64,000 nt of DNA, from positions 416,001-480,000 of the forward strand of contig CAWDXE010000001.1 of NCBI GenBank assembly GCA_963806185.1, in the 5' to 3' direction. This document shows positions 39,422-47,761 of the stretch, piece by piece; position 1 is the first letter of the stretch, and every line of letters begins with the position of its first letter. The DNA is from an uncultured candidate division Zixibacteria bacterium (GTDB taxonomy: Bacteria > Zixibacteria > MSB-5A5 > GN15 > FEB-12). Under the pieces are notes generated by a model, which saw only the letters and a list, made by a program, of their open reading frames with translations, ran no database searches and was not told the DNA's origin. The position numbers and the translations under genes were made by a program.

Positions 39422-40891
39422 GTGAATTCAAACGATAACCAACACCGCACAATTCTAAAGCGAATTGCGCGCCGGGCCATGACCGAGAGGGGATTGCTCC
39501 CCGATTTTTCTTCAGCCGCCCTTGAGGAACTTGCCAGAATCCCGGCCGCCCCATCCTTGGAGCTCACGCAGATACGTGATTTGACCGGGTTGTTGTGGGC
39601 GTCAATTGACAACGATGACTCAAGGGATTTGGATCAGCTCACGGTTGCCGAAGTTATGCCCGGCGATAAAACAAAGATCCGCATCGCGGTTGCCGATGTG
39701 GATTCGATTGTAAAGGACGGATCGGCAATTGATCAGCATGCACGACACAACACTACGTCCGTATATACGGCTGCCACTATATTCCCTATGCTGCCTGAAC
39801 ATCTTTCCACTGATCTCACGTCCCTGAACCACAATGAGGATCGTTTGTCGGTTGTTGTCGAAATGGTGATTGGCGCCGACGCATCGCTGCAGGAATTTGA
39901 TATCTACCGGGCGCGGGTGCGGAATCGGGCGAAACTCGCATATAACAGTGTTGCAGCCTGGCTGGATGGGAGCGGAGACCTGCCCGAAGCCATCGCAAGC
40001 ACCGCCGGACTTGCTGAGAATTTGCGTCTTCAGGACAGGGTCGCGCAGGAATTAAAAAACCTCCGCCATGCCCATGGTGCTCTGAGCTTCGAGACAATCG
40101 AGGCCAAGCCAATCTTTGACGGCGATAATGTCCGTGAGCTTGCCGTGGAGAGAAAGAATCGGGCGAAGGAGATCATTGAAGATTTCATGATTGCGGCCAA
40201 TGGCGCGACAGCCCGATTTCTGCAGTCAAAGCGGTTCCCGTCTCTGCGCCGGGTGGTGCGGATGCCAAAGCGATGGGATCGAATTGTCGCTATCGCCGAC
40301 GAAAACGGATTCCGACTCCCCCCCACGCCGGATGCCCGCGCATTGGAGCAATTCCTGACAAAGTCGAGAGCGGCCGATCCGGACCATTTCCCCGACCTAT
40401 CCCTCACGATCATCAAACTCATGGGACCTGGCGAATATGTGGCGGAATTGCCTGGCGCAACCGCCCCGGGACATTTTGGGCTGGCGGTGAGGGACTACAC
40501 CCATTCAACAGCTCCCAACCGTCGTTACCCCGACCTGATTACCCAGCGCTTCTTGAAGGCCGCCATTGGAGGCGACTCGTTGCCGTATCGCTACGACGAA
40601 CTGGAAATTCTGGCCAGGCATTGCACAGCACAAGAAGATGCCGCAAACAAGGTGGAACGGCAGGTAACCAAATCAGCGGCGGCACTGCTTCTGGAATCTC
40701 GAATCGGAGAGCGGTTCGACACAATCGTCACCGGCGCCGGCCCTAAGGGGACCTGGGTTCGCCTTCTTCATCCGCCCATCGAGGGCAGACTGACAGGGGC
40801 ATCCGCGGATATCGACGTTGGGCGCCGGATTCGCGTGCAATTGATTCATGTGGACATTGATCGCGGATTCATCGATTTCAAGGAAGCGTGA
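39422..40891 (+). CDS. Compact RNB-domain exoribonuclease (RNase II/R family)
   Basis: SIDNDDSRDLDQ, IADVD, HFGL..YTHSTAPNRRYPDL; lacks N-terminal cold-shock domains. Confidence 0.92.
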   Translation: MNSNDNQHRTILKRIARRAMTERGLLPDFSSAALEELARIPAAPSLELTQIRDLTGLLWASIDNDDSRDLDQLTVAEVMPGDKTKIRIAVADVDSIVKDGSAIDQHARHNTTSVYTAATIFPMLPEHLSTDLTSLNHNEDRLSVVVEMVIGADASLQEFDIYRARVRNRAKLAYNSVAAWLDGSGDLPEAIASTAGLAENLRLQDRVAQELKNLRHAHGALSFETIEAKPIFDGDNVRELAVERKNRAKEIIEDFMIAANGATARFLQSKRFPSLRRVVRMPKRWDRIVAIADENGFRLPPTPDARALEQFLTKSRAADPDHFPDLSLTIIKLMGPGEYVAELPGATAPGHFGLAVRDYTHSTAPNRRYPDLITQRFLKAAIGGDSLPYRYDELEILARHCTAQEDAANKVERQVTKSAAALLLESRIGERFDTIVTGAGPKGTWVRLLHPPIEGRLTGASADIDVGRRIRVQLIHVDIDRGFIDFKEA

Positions 40892-41013
40892 ACCATTCAA
40901 CGTCCGCGCCGGTTCACATACTGCTGCAGAGCCGGCAGGCCTGACCGCATCAACGTTCAACTGGATCAGAATCACTGATTCACATCACCGAACAAAGACC
41001 CCGGCTACTCCAG

Positions 41014-41673
41014 CTAAAATCCTGTATCGAGGATGAGATCTCTCACGCCGACGATGGCAAACTGCATGGCAATGCAGACGAGCAGAAACCCCATGATTCT
41101 CGAAAGGCTATCGACCCCGTTGACGCCCAGGTACCGCTGCATAAATCCTGCAGCACGGAGAACCAGCCACGATATGATGGCCGTGAGGAGGACGGCAATC
41201 ACAACTCCGGAGTAGGCGATCACCTTATCAATGCCATGCTGGCTGTCGATGGTTGACGACATCGTGATAACAACGGCGATGGAGCCGGGTCCGCTCAGAC
41301 TTGGCATGGCGAGCGGACTGAATGCGAGATTCCGCTTCTGCCGGGCTTCCATTTTGCCTGCCGTGGTGAGGCGATTCTCGCCGGGGAACAGCATTCGCAA
41401 CCCCAGAATTCCTATGACCAGTCCGCCTGCAAGGCGAATACCCGGAATGGAAATACCAAAGGCTACCATGATCAGGTGTCCGGCAAGGAGGAAGGCGACC
41501 AGGATACCTGTCATATAGATGCACGCCCAGATGATCTGACGGTTTCGCTCTCTTTTGCTCAGGTGTTCGCTGATACCGAGCAGGAGTATCGCCGTGCTGA
41601 CCGGATTGATGACGGGAAGCAGCGTCACGAGTGCGACGCCGACCCAGGAGAGCATGTCGGTTAATTCATTCAT
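41014..41673 (-). CDS. marC: MarC family membrane protein
   Basis: INP, FGIS...R.AGG, PLAMP.L.GPGSIA, RIMGFLL. Confidence 0.92.
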   Translation of the reverse strand: MNELTDMLSWVGVALVTLLPVINPVSTAILLLGISEHLSKRERNRQIIWACIYMTGILVAFLLAGHLIMVAFGISIPGIRLAGGLVIGILGLRMLFPGENRLTTAGKMEARQKRNLAFSPLAMPSLSGPGSIAVVITMSSTIDSQHGIDKVIAYSGVVIAVLLTAIISWLVLRAAGFMQRYLGVNGVDSLSRIMGFLLVCIAMQFAIVGVRDLILDTGF

Positions 41674-41837
41674 GATCCATCAATCTCTGTTCGGCTTGCA
41701 TTGTTGGACGATTCTGGCTGTGGCTTCGCGTCCGGGATACCGAATAGCTTCACCCTTCTCGCGTCAGTCCTCCACGAGGCCGATGATGCAAACTCGCCGG
41801 ATCCCTCTCACCAATTATCTACCGCAAAGCTTACGCT

Positions 41838-42080
41838 TTACGGAGTAAGGACTTTTATTGGATGCGACGCATACTGTCTGGCTGCACGCCGCTCATAACT
41901 GTTGATGCCGCCGATGACTTGATGCCGTACATCCGATGATGTGATTCCCTCCCGATATATGATTCCTCCCGCAACCTTGCGAGCTACTTCGTCGCTGATC
42001 CCAGCCGCCGTAATAGAAGCTTTGATCTTGTCCTTGCGAAATTCCTCTTTGACTCCTGATCGTTTCGTGATTGTGCGCAT
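41838..42080 (-). CDS. Stand-alone ATP-cone domain protein
   Basis: ITKRSG.KEEF..DKI..SI..AG..ITSSDVR; AAGAGGAAGG RBS. Confidence 0.8.
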   Translation of the reverse strand: MRTITKRSGVKEEFRKDKIKASITAAGISDEVARKVAGGIIYREGITSSDVRHQVIGGINSYERRAARQYASHPIKVLTP

Positions 42081-42159
42081 TTGCCCTTCCTCTTCCTTAC
42101 TGTTCTGTACTCAGTCGCTCTTCACAACGCCCAACTAAATCAAGAAGGGTCGTGAGACA

Positions 42160-42528
42160 TTAGTCCACGAGTTTGCGAAGCACCTCGGTTGCACCGGTTA
42201 TCCGCATCCACCGCTTCTCGGACAGAAGTGCAATCAACGCTACTACCGGTACAAGCAGGTAGACTGCGCCAATGACGATACCGACAATTGCCTTGCTGAT
42301 TGGCTCCCACGGCATGAAGATGAGTAACGCGAGCGGTACGAGCACCAGTCCCGCACCGATAAGCGTTATAACAAAGACCAGCAGGCAGATGAGGATCAGA
42401 ATCCGGTGCGCGCTCTTGACTCCTTCGAGATAATAGACGGCTGCCCGGAGCTTGAGCATTTTAACCGACGGCTCAAGGTAGGTGGTTTTAAGCCAGTCGA
42501 GCACACCCTGTATTAGTGAGTGTATCAC
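42160..42528 (-). CDS. Two-TM membrane protein (YqjE-like partner of DUF883)
   Basis: Two hydrophobic helices; lies directly downstream of the DUF883 gene. Confidence 0.6.
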   Translation of the reverse strand: MIHSLIQGVLDWLKTTYLEPSVKMLKLRAAVYYLEGVKSAHRILILICLLVFVITLIGAGLVLVPLALLIFMPWEPISKAIVGIVIGAVYLLVPVVALIALLSEKRWMRITGATEVLRKLVD

Positions 42529-42531
42529 GGC

Positions 42532-42843
42532 TTAGTCCTTTCGTGACCGGCCCAACATGAACCCGCACAGCAATGCGGCAAAGGCTGCACCACCGATGTA
42601 TGCCCACGGATTTTTGTGCACGCTGGCGTCGATATTGGTCGCAACATCGACAATCTTCTGCTTCCCGGCTTCATACTTCTCGCCGGCCCGTGACTTCATC
42701 TGGTCGGTAAACGCGCTCACCACGCCTGATAGGTCGGAGTACTTGTGCTCCATCACTTCCTGGAGTTCTGCTTTCTTGTCGCGCGCGACCTGATTCAGCA
42801 GGTCCAGCGCCTCGTTAATACGCTTGTCCTCAAATCGATCCAT
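42532..42843 (-). CDS. DUF883 (ElaB/YqjD-like) protein
   Basis: Helical body with C-terminal VHKNPW..IG.A...GFMLGR. Confidence 0.85.
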   Translation of the reverse strand: MDRFEDKRINEALDLLNQVARDKKAELQEVMEHKYSDLSGVVSAFTDQMKSRAGEKYEAGKQKIVDVATNIDASVHKNPWAYIGGAAFAALLCGFMLGRSRKD

Positions 42844-43105
42844 CTCTGAATCCTCCTTCTTTTGTGTTGGATTTAGCCTCGCACAAAGTTGTGCTCATTG
42901 GATATAATATAGCAATCAAACCCCTCCGGGCCAAGGGAAGCAGTATCACCATAGTATCCTCGTGTCCTTTTCCTGCCGGTTTATCTCGGAATCGCCGCCG
43001 ACGTGTGCGTCCGTGCGATGGTCGGCAGCGATCCGATAATTCTACCAATTGTGCACTCTTCCGGTCAAGCGATCTTCTGACGCGAACTTGCTAAACGACC
43101 TGATT

Positions 43106-43666
43106 TCAGAGGCGGAACAGCAGACCAAAGTTCAGGGAATAGAAATTCGCATCCGTGCCGTCCAACACTGCATCGGGCAGTTCCTTGAACTTGGTGTCAA
43201 GAAACACATAGCGAACATCGCCGAACAGCTTAATACTGGGTGAAGCTGGTAATTCGATCCCGGCAGCAAGATGCCATCCGAACTCCTGAGTGGTCTCATC
43301 AGCAAAGCCGGCTTGATTGTAGGTGTCGGCGTAATCCAGGGTCGTGTTGTACCATCCCCCTCCCACACCTCCATAGATGAAACTCACCGGGTAGAGCAGA
43401 CCGGTGACTGTCACTGGCCACTGCTTGACCGTGACCGCTCCCGAACCGAATTTCTCCTGTCGATAGCCAATATCACCTTCCGCACCGATTACCGACATAA
43501 GCTTGAGGCGCATCGTGGCTCCCACCAGATAATTCGCGTCCTGAGCATCTTGAGATTTCTGGACACCGAGATGAGGACCCACATATACGCTCGTTTGACT
43601 CCGAACGGACAAGGGCACTAGAATGAGAATCCCCAGAAGGATTCCAGCGCTGATCTTTCTAAACAC
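43106..43666 (-). CDS. Outer-membrane beta-barrel protein
   Basis: Signal peptide; G.G.Y, FGWHL.AG.E, C-terminal GLLFRL. Confidence 0.85.
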   Translation of the reverse strand: MFRKISAGILLGILILVPLSVRSQTSVYVGPHLGVQKSQDAQDANYLVGATMRLKLMSVIGAEGDIGYRQEKFGSGAVTVKQWPVTVTGLLYPVSFIYGGVGGGWYNTTLDYADTYNQAGFADETTQEFGWHLAAGIELPASPSIKLFGDVRYVFLDTKFKELPDAVLDGTDANFYSLNFGLLFRL

Positions 43667-43801
43667 GTTATTCTCCTACGTTTGTCAAGTTTACCTGCGG
43701 ATACGAATATGCGGTTGCGCATGTCCTCAGCAGGTACGATGTGCTGCCTGAGCACTAGTATGAACTTACGAAGGACGATGCGACAAATCTATCGCCCAAA
43801 G

Positions 43802-43819
43802 GGTTGAAAAAGGAGCTAC
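43802..43819 (-). promoter_or_regulatory. Island motif copy D (upstream of the beta-barrel gene)
   Basis: GTAGCTCCTTTTTCAACC-N10-TAGATT-N17-TAAGTT. Confidence 0.65.
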
Positions 43820-43967
43820 ATCGTCCGAATGTGCGGGCGGGCGGATTGACTGTCGTATTGTATCCCCGCAGGCGACATATTCTCACCTATTCTGATGAAC
43901 AGCCTCTCAGCAATCCAGCTTGCCAAGGCTGCGGTTTATTCGCATAATCGACCTGGAAGTAGTCATT

Positions 43968-46079
43968 ATGGAGGATCGGACCTTGGCGAATCGAACTGCT
44001 CTCTCGATAACGGCACTGGCATTGCTGCTGGTGCTTCTCCACTCGCCGATCATGGCGCAGGACAACCCGTTACTTCTCCCCTCCAACACGCCGTATCAGG
44101 CTCCACCGTTTGACCGTATTCAGAATGCGCATTACCTGCCGGCGGTTCAGGAGGGCATAAGGCGGCATCAGGCCGAGATTGATGCCATCGTCAATGATCG
44201 GGAAACCCCCACCTTCGACAACACTATCGCGGCGAAGGATATGGCCGGGGAACTTCTGGATAACGTCACCGCCGTGTTCTATTCAGTGCTGGGGACTATT
44301 CGCACCCCCGAACTGCAGGAGATTGCCACCCAATTGTCGCCGCTGCTTTCCGCGCATGAGGACAACATCTGGCTCAATGCGAAGCTGTTCGCCCGAATCA
44401 AAACCGTCTACGATCAGCGGGCACAATTAAAGCTGACCGGAGAGCAGCTTCACTTGCTGGAAAACAACTATCGCGATTTCGTTCGTCACGGTGCCCTGCT
44501 GGATGAGAAGCAAAAAGCTCGTTTGCGTGAAATCAATAGCGAAAACGGTCTCCTGGAACTGAAGTTTCACGATAACGTACTGGCGGAAACCAACAACTCA
44601 TATATCGTGATCGATAACAAAGCCGACCTGGCCGGGCTTCCGGAAAACGTCATCGCCCTGGGCAGTGATGATGCCAACACTATGAATATGCCCGGCAAGT
44701 GGGTTTTCACCACCCAGCGGCCAAGCTGGACACCGTTCCTCCAATACGCCTCCTCGCGTGACCTGCGGCAGAAGCTCTATACGGCCTATTTCATGCGCGG
44801 CAATCGCGACAATGAGTTCGACAACAAAGCCATCCTGCAGAAGATTCTCACCCTGCGCGAGGAAAGTTGCCGCCTGCTCGGTTCCACGACGCCCGCGGCT
44901 TTCTATCTGGAAGATCATATGGCCAGGACTCCCCAAGCGGTAGACTCATTTCTGTGGCGTCTCTGGAAGCCGGCCCTCAATAGAGCCAGGGCGGAGTTGG
45001 CCGAAATGCAGGCTATTGCTGACAGCGAGCAGGCCGGATTCAAGCTGGCGTCCTGGGACTGGTGGTACTATGCCGAAAAACTGCGGCAGGCCAAGTACGA
45101 TTTGGATGACGCCGACTTGCGCCCCTATTTCAGCCTGGAAAACGTCGAAACGGGAATCTTCACACTGGCACAAAAGCTGTACGGCCTGAAATTCGTCCAG
45201 CGGAAGGACATCCCCGTCTACCATCCCGATGTCACCGTATACGAGGTCAGAGAGAAGAGCGGTGAGGTGCTCGGGCTTCTGTACATGGATTTCTTCCCCC
45301 GCGAATCCAAAGGGGCCGGCGCATGGTCGGGCGGATTCCGCGACACGTTTCAACGGAACGGCAAGCGCGTCCTCCCGCTCTCCACTCTCGTCTGCAACTC
45401 CACCAAAGCGACCTCCAGCACGCCATCGCTGCTGAGCATCGATGAAGTCGAGACTGTCTTCCATGAATTCGGCCACTCCCTCAATACGCTTCTTTCCACC
45501 AGCACCTACCGCCACGCCTTTGCGGAGCAGGACGCGGGGGAACTGCCCTCGCAGATTATGGAAAACTGGGTGTTGGAACCGGAGATGCTGAAGCTCTACG
45601 CCAAACATTACAAGACCGGCGAGGTGATTCCGACCGCTATCGTGGAGAAGCTCAAGCACAGCTACTTGTTCAATAAGGGATTTGTATCTGTCGAATACCT
45701 GGCCGCCTGTTTTCTGGACATGGCCTGGCATGAACTCGATAACGCCAAAAACGTGAATGTGACCAGCTTCGAAGATAGTGCGATGGCCGCGATCGAGCTG
45801 ATACCGGAAATCCTTCCGCGCTATCACTCCGTCTACTTCGGACATATGATCGGTGGGTATTCGGCCGGATATTACGGCTACTACTGGGCGGCGGTGCTTG
45901 ATGCCGACGCTTTTCACGCGTTTAAGGAATCGTCGCTGTTTGACAGGAAGACAGCCACGTCATTCCGTAAGAACATTCTGGAGAAGCTCGGCACCGACGA
46001 CGCAATGACACTATACAAGCGCTTCCGGGGCAGAGAACCGAAGGTCGAGCCGTTTCTTGAGCGGGAGGGATTGCTGTAA
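43968..46079 (+). CDS. dcp: M3 family metallopeptidase (peptidyl-dipeptidase Dcp-like), exported
   Basis: NPLL..PPFD.I, WD..YYAEK, FHEFGH, ELPSQ.MENW, GYSAGYY.Y.WA.VLDADAF, FRGR.P. Confidence 0.93.
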   Translation: MEDRTLANRTALSITALALLLVLLHSPIMAQDNPLLLPSNTPYQAPPFDRIQNAHYLPAVQEGIRRHQAEIDAIVNDRETPTFDNTIAAKDMAGELLDNVTAVFYSVLGTIRTPELQEIATQLSPLLSAHEDNIWLNAKLFARIKTVYDQRAQLKLTGEQLHLLENNYRDFVRHGALLDEKQKARLREINSENGLLELKFHDNVLAETNNSYIVIDNKADLAGLPENVIALGSDDANTMNMPGKWVFTTQRPSWTPFLQYASSRDLRQKLYTAYFMRGNRDNEFDNKAILQKILTLREESCRLLGSTTPAAFYLEDHMARTPQAVDSFLWRLWKPALNRARAELAEMQAIADSEQAGFKLASWDWWYYAEKLRQAKYDLDDADLRPYFSLENVETGIFTLAQKLYGLKFVQRKDIPVYHPDVTVYEVREKSGEVLGLLYMDFFPRESKGAGAWSGGFRDTFQRNGKRVLPLSTLVCNSTKATSSTPSLLSIDEVETVFHEFGHSLNTLLSTSTYRHAFAEQDAGELPSQIMENWVLEPEMLKLYAKHYKTGEVIPTAIVEKLKHSYLFNKGFVSVEYLAACFLDMAWHELDNAKNVNVTSFEDSAMAAIELIPEILPRYHSVYFGHMIGGYSAGYYGYYWAAVLDADAFHAFKESSLFDRKTATSFRKNILEKLGTDDAMTLYKRFRGREPKVEPFLEREGLL

Positions 46080-46167
46080 GACCGAATCGGGCCGGTGGCC
46101 CACGGCTTGCCGTGGGTTCCCCACACTCCACTCCGTACCCTACCGTCTATGCGGTTGGGTATCTGAA

Positions 46168-46298
46168 AGTCCCGTAGCCCACCAGAATGGTGGGTTTATC
46201 TTTCTCTGGCTTTCCCTGTGCACAGTATCGCAAATACTCATCTGTGGAGCCGTCTCCAATTGCTGGAAACGTCAAAGCCAAACGACTCCTCTATGATC
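46168..46298. repeat. 131-bp direct repeat, copy 1
   Basis: Identical by eye to 47415-47545; starts with REP-like GTAGCCCACCA-GAA-TGGTGGG. Confidence 0.95.
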
Positions 46299-46432
46299 CT
46301 ACGATTGACCTCTGGATGAAAGTGAGAATTTTTCTGCACCGCCGATCCGGTGAAACGGTTTGTTCGGGGGCGGTGATGTCTCTTTTCTCATCTGGCTCGT
46401 CATGGGCATGCCCAATAATGTGCGTTAACCAA

Positions 46433-47197
46433 CTAGAAATGTGCTATTCCCCCTTTCCTAAACGCATAAATCGCCCACCCCAGCGTTTCTCGTCCCCACC
46501 TCAGATATGCTGTCTTACTCTCGCGCACTCGCTTCAGCACGGTCTCCACATCTGGATCATCCCGATGATCACTCGCCCAGGATTCCGCAGCATACCACTG
46601 TAACCCTTCATATCTATCCCAGTCATCCTGGCTGCTTACGAGTGTGTAGACAGCCTCCAATCCGTGCTCTCGCCCGACCTCTACATTCTGATAATGTGTT
46701 CCGAAGTCGTTCCGTGTCACACCGATCGCTCCTAAATACTCGCTTTCCGGTTCATGCCGCCAGTACGGTTCTCCCACAACGATCCAGCTTTCTGGGGCTG
46801 CCATCTTCTGCAGCGCGTTCAACGTCCCTCGATGCCCGCCATAAATCCAACTCGCACCGATGCAGGCTACCAGATCAAAGCTCTCTAAGGTCTCAGGGAC
46901 ATACTTGGCCCCGTCCATCTCCAGGAGATGGAGCTGGGCATCCGGAACACGTTCTTGATGCTTCTTGTGGACATCAGCAATGCAGTAGGGAGAGGAATCA
47001 ACTCCTGTCCCGGTCATTTGTCGGTACCGTTCTGCAAGCCTGATGAGAAACTCGCCCTTTCCAGTGGCGATATCAAGCACGCGTGCCCCAGGTTTCAGAG
47101 GCAGAAGTGTGATAAGCTGTTCAAGTTTCTCAAGACTCATCGGATTGCAGAGAATGTGCTCCCGATGCGTGATGTCAAAGAACTTCCACATGTCCAT
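46433..47197 (-). CDS. Class I SAM-dependent methyltransferase
   Basis: VLDIATGKG motif I, GVD, FDLVAC.G, GEPYW. Confidence 0.9.
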   Translation of the reverse strand: MDMWKFFDITHREHILCNPMSLEKLEQLITLLPLKPGARVLDIATGKGEFLIRLAERYRQMTGTGVDSSPYCIADVHKKHQERVPDAQLHLLEMDGAKYVPETLESFDLVACIGASWIYGGHRGTLNALQKMAAPESWIVVGEPYWRHEPESEYLGAIGVTRNDFGTHYQNVEVGREHGLEAVYTLVSSQDDWDRYEGLQWYAAESWASDHRDDPDVETVLKRVRESKTAYLRWGRETLGWAIYAFRKGGIAHF

Positions 47198-47280
47198 GCG
47201 AATACCGCCTTTGTCAATGCCAGCCGATCCACCAGATTTCATGGTTTGCTCCCGGACTTCTTGACTCCATAGATCATAAC

Positions 47281-47357
47281 ATTTCTGTGGGCGGCAGGTC
47301 TCCTGACCTGCCCCGGCACTAACCGGGCAGGCGAGAACGCCTGCCGCGCACAGAAAT
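47281..47357. repeat. REP-doublet (REPIN-like) inverted-repeat element
   Basis: ATTTCTGTG.GCGGCAGG ... CCTGCCGC.CACAGAAAT arms, each containing a GGCAGG/CCTGCC hairpin. Confidence 0.65.
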
Positions 47358-47414
47358 CACCTGCAGATTGGCCCACACGAGCTGGCCGACGCCTGTCAGC
47401 ACGAGCCCGATACG

Positions 47415-47545
47415 AGTCCCGTAGCCCACCAGAATGGTGGGTTTATCTTTCTCTGGCTTTCCCTGTGCACAGTATCGCAAATACTCATCTGTGGAGCCGT
47501 CTCCAATTGCTGGAAACGTCAAAGCCAAACGACTCCTCTATGATC
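47415..47545. repeat. 131-bp direct repeat, copy 2
   Basis: Identical by eye to 46168-46298. Confidence 0.95.
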
Positions 47546-47761
47546 GTTCGATTGATCTGTTAATGAAAGTGGGAATTTGCCGCCCCGCCCGCCCAAAGTA
47601 AAGCTCCCCGAACAGGTGATTCTATAATTTTGGGACGGTTTATTCAGGGGCTTGTGGGAATCGACTGCCAAGAGACTGTGACTCTTACGGAAGTGGGTCG
47701 TGCGACAGCAGAAGGCCGCCCCATGAAGAGGCGGCCTCGCAGGAACGAAAGGAATGTGATT

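Noticed and set aside
44946..45917. Long antisense ORFs (also 8875-9744, 9917-10771, 19600-20394, 55648-56568)
   Set aside because: Shadow frames of well-supported genes in GC-rich DNA.
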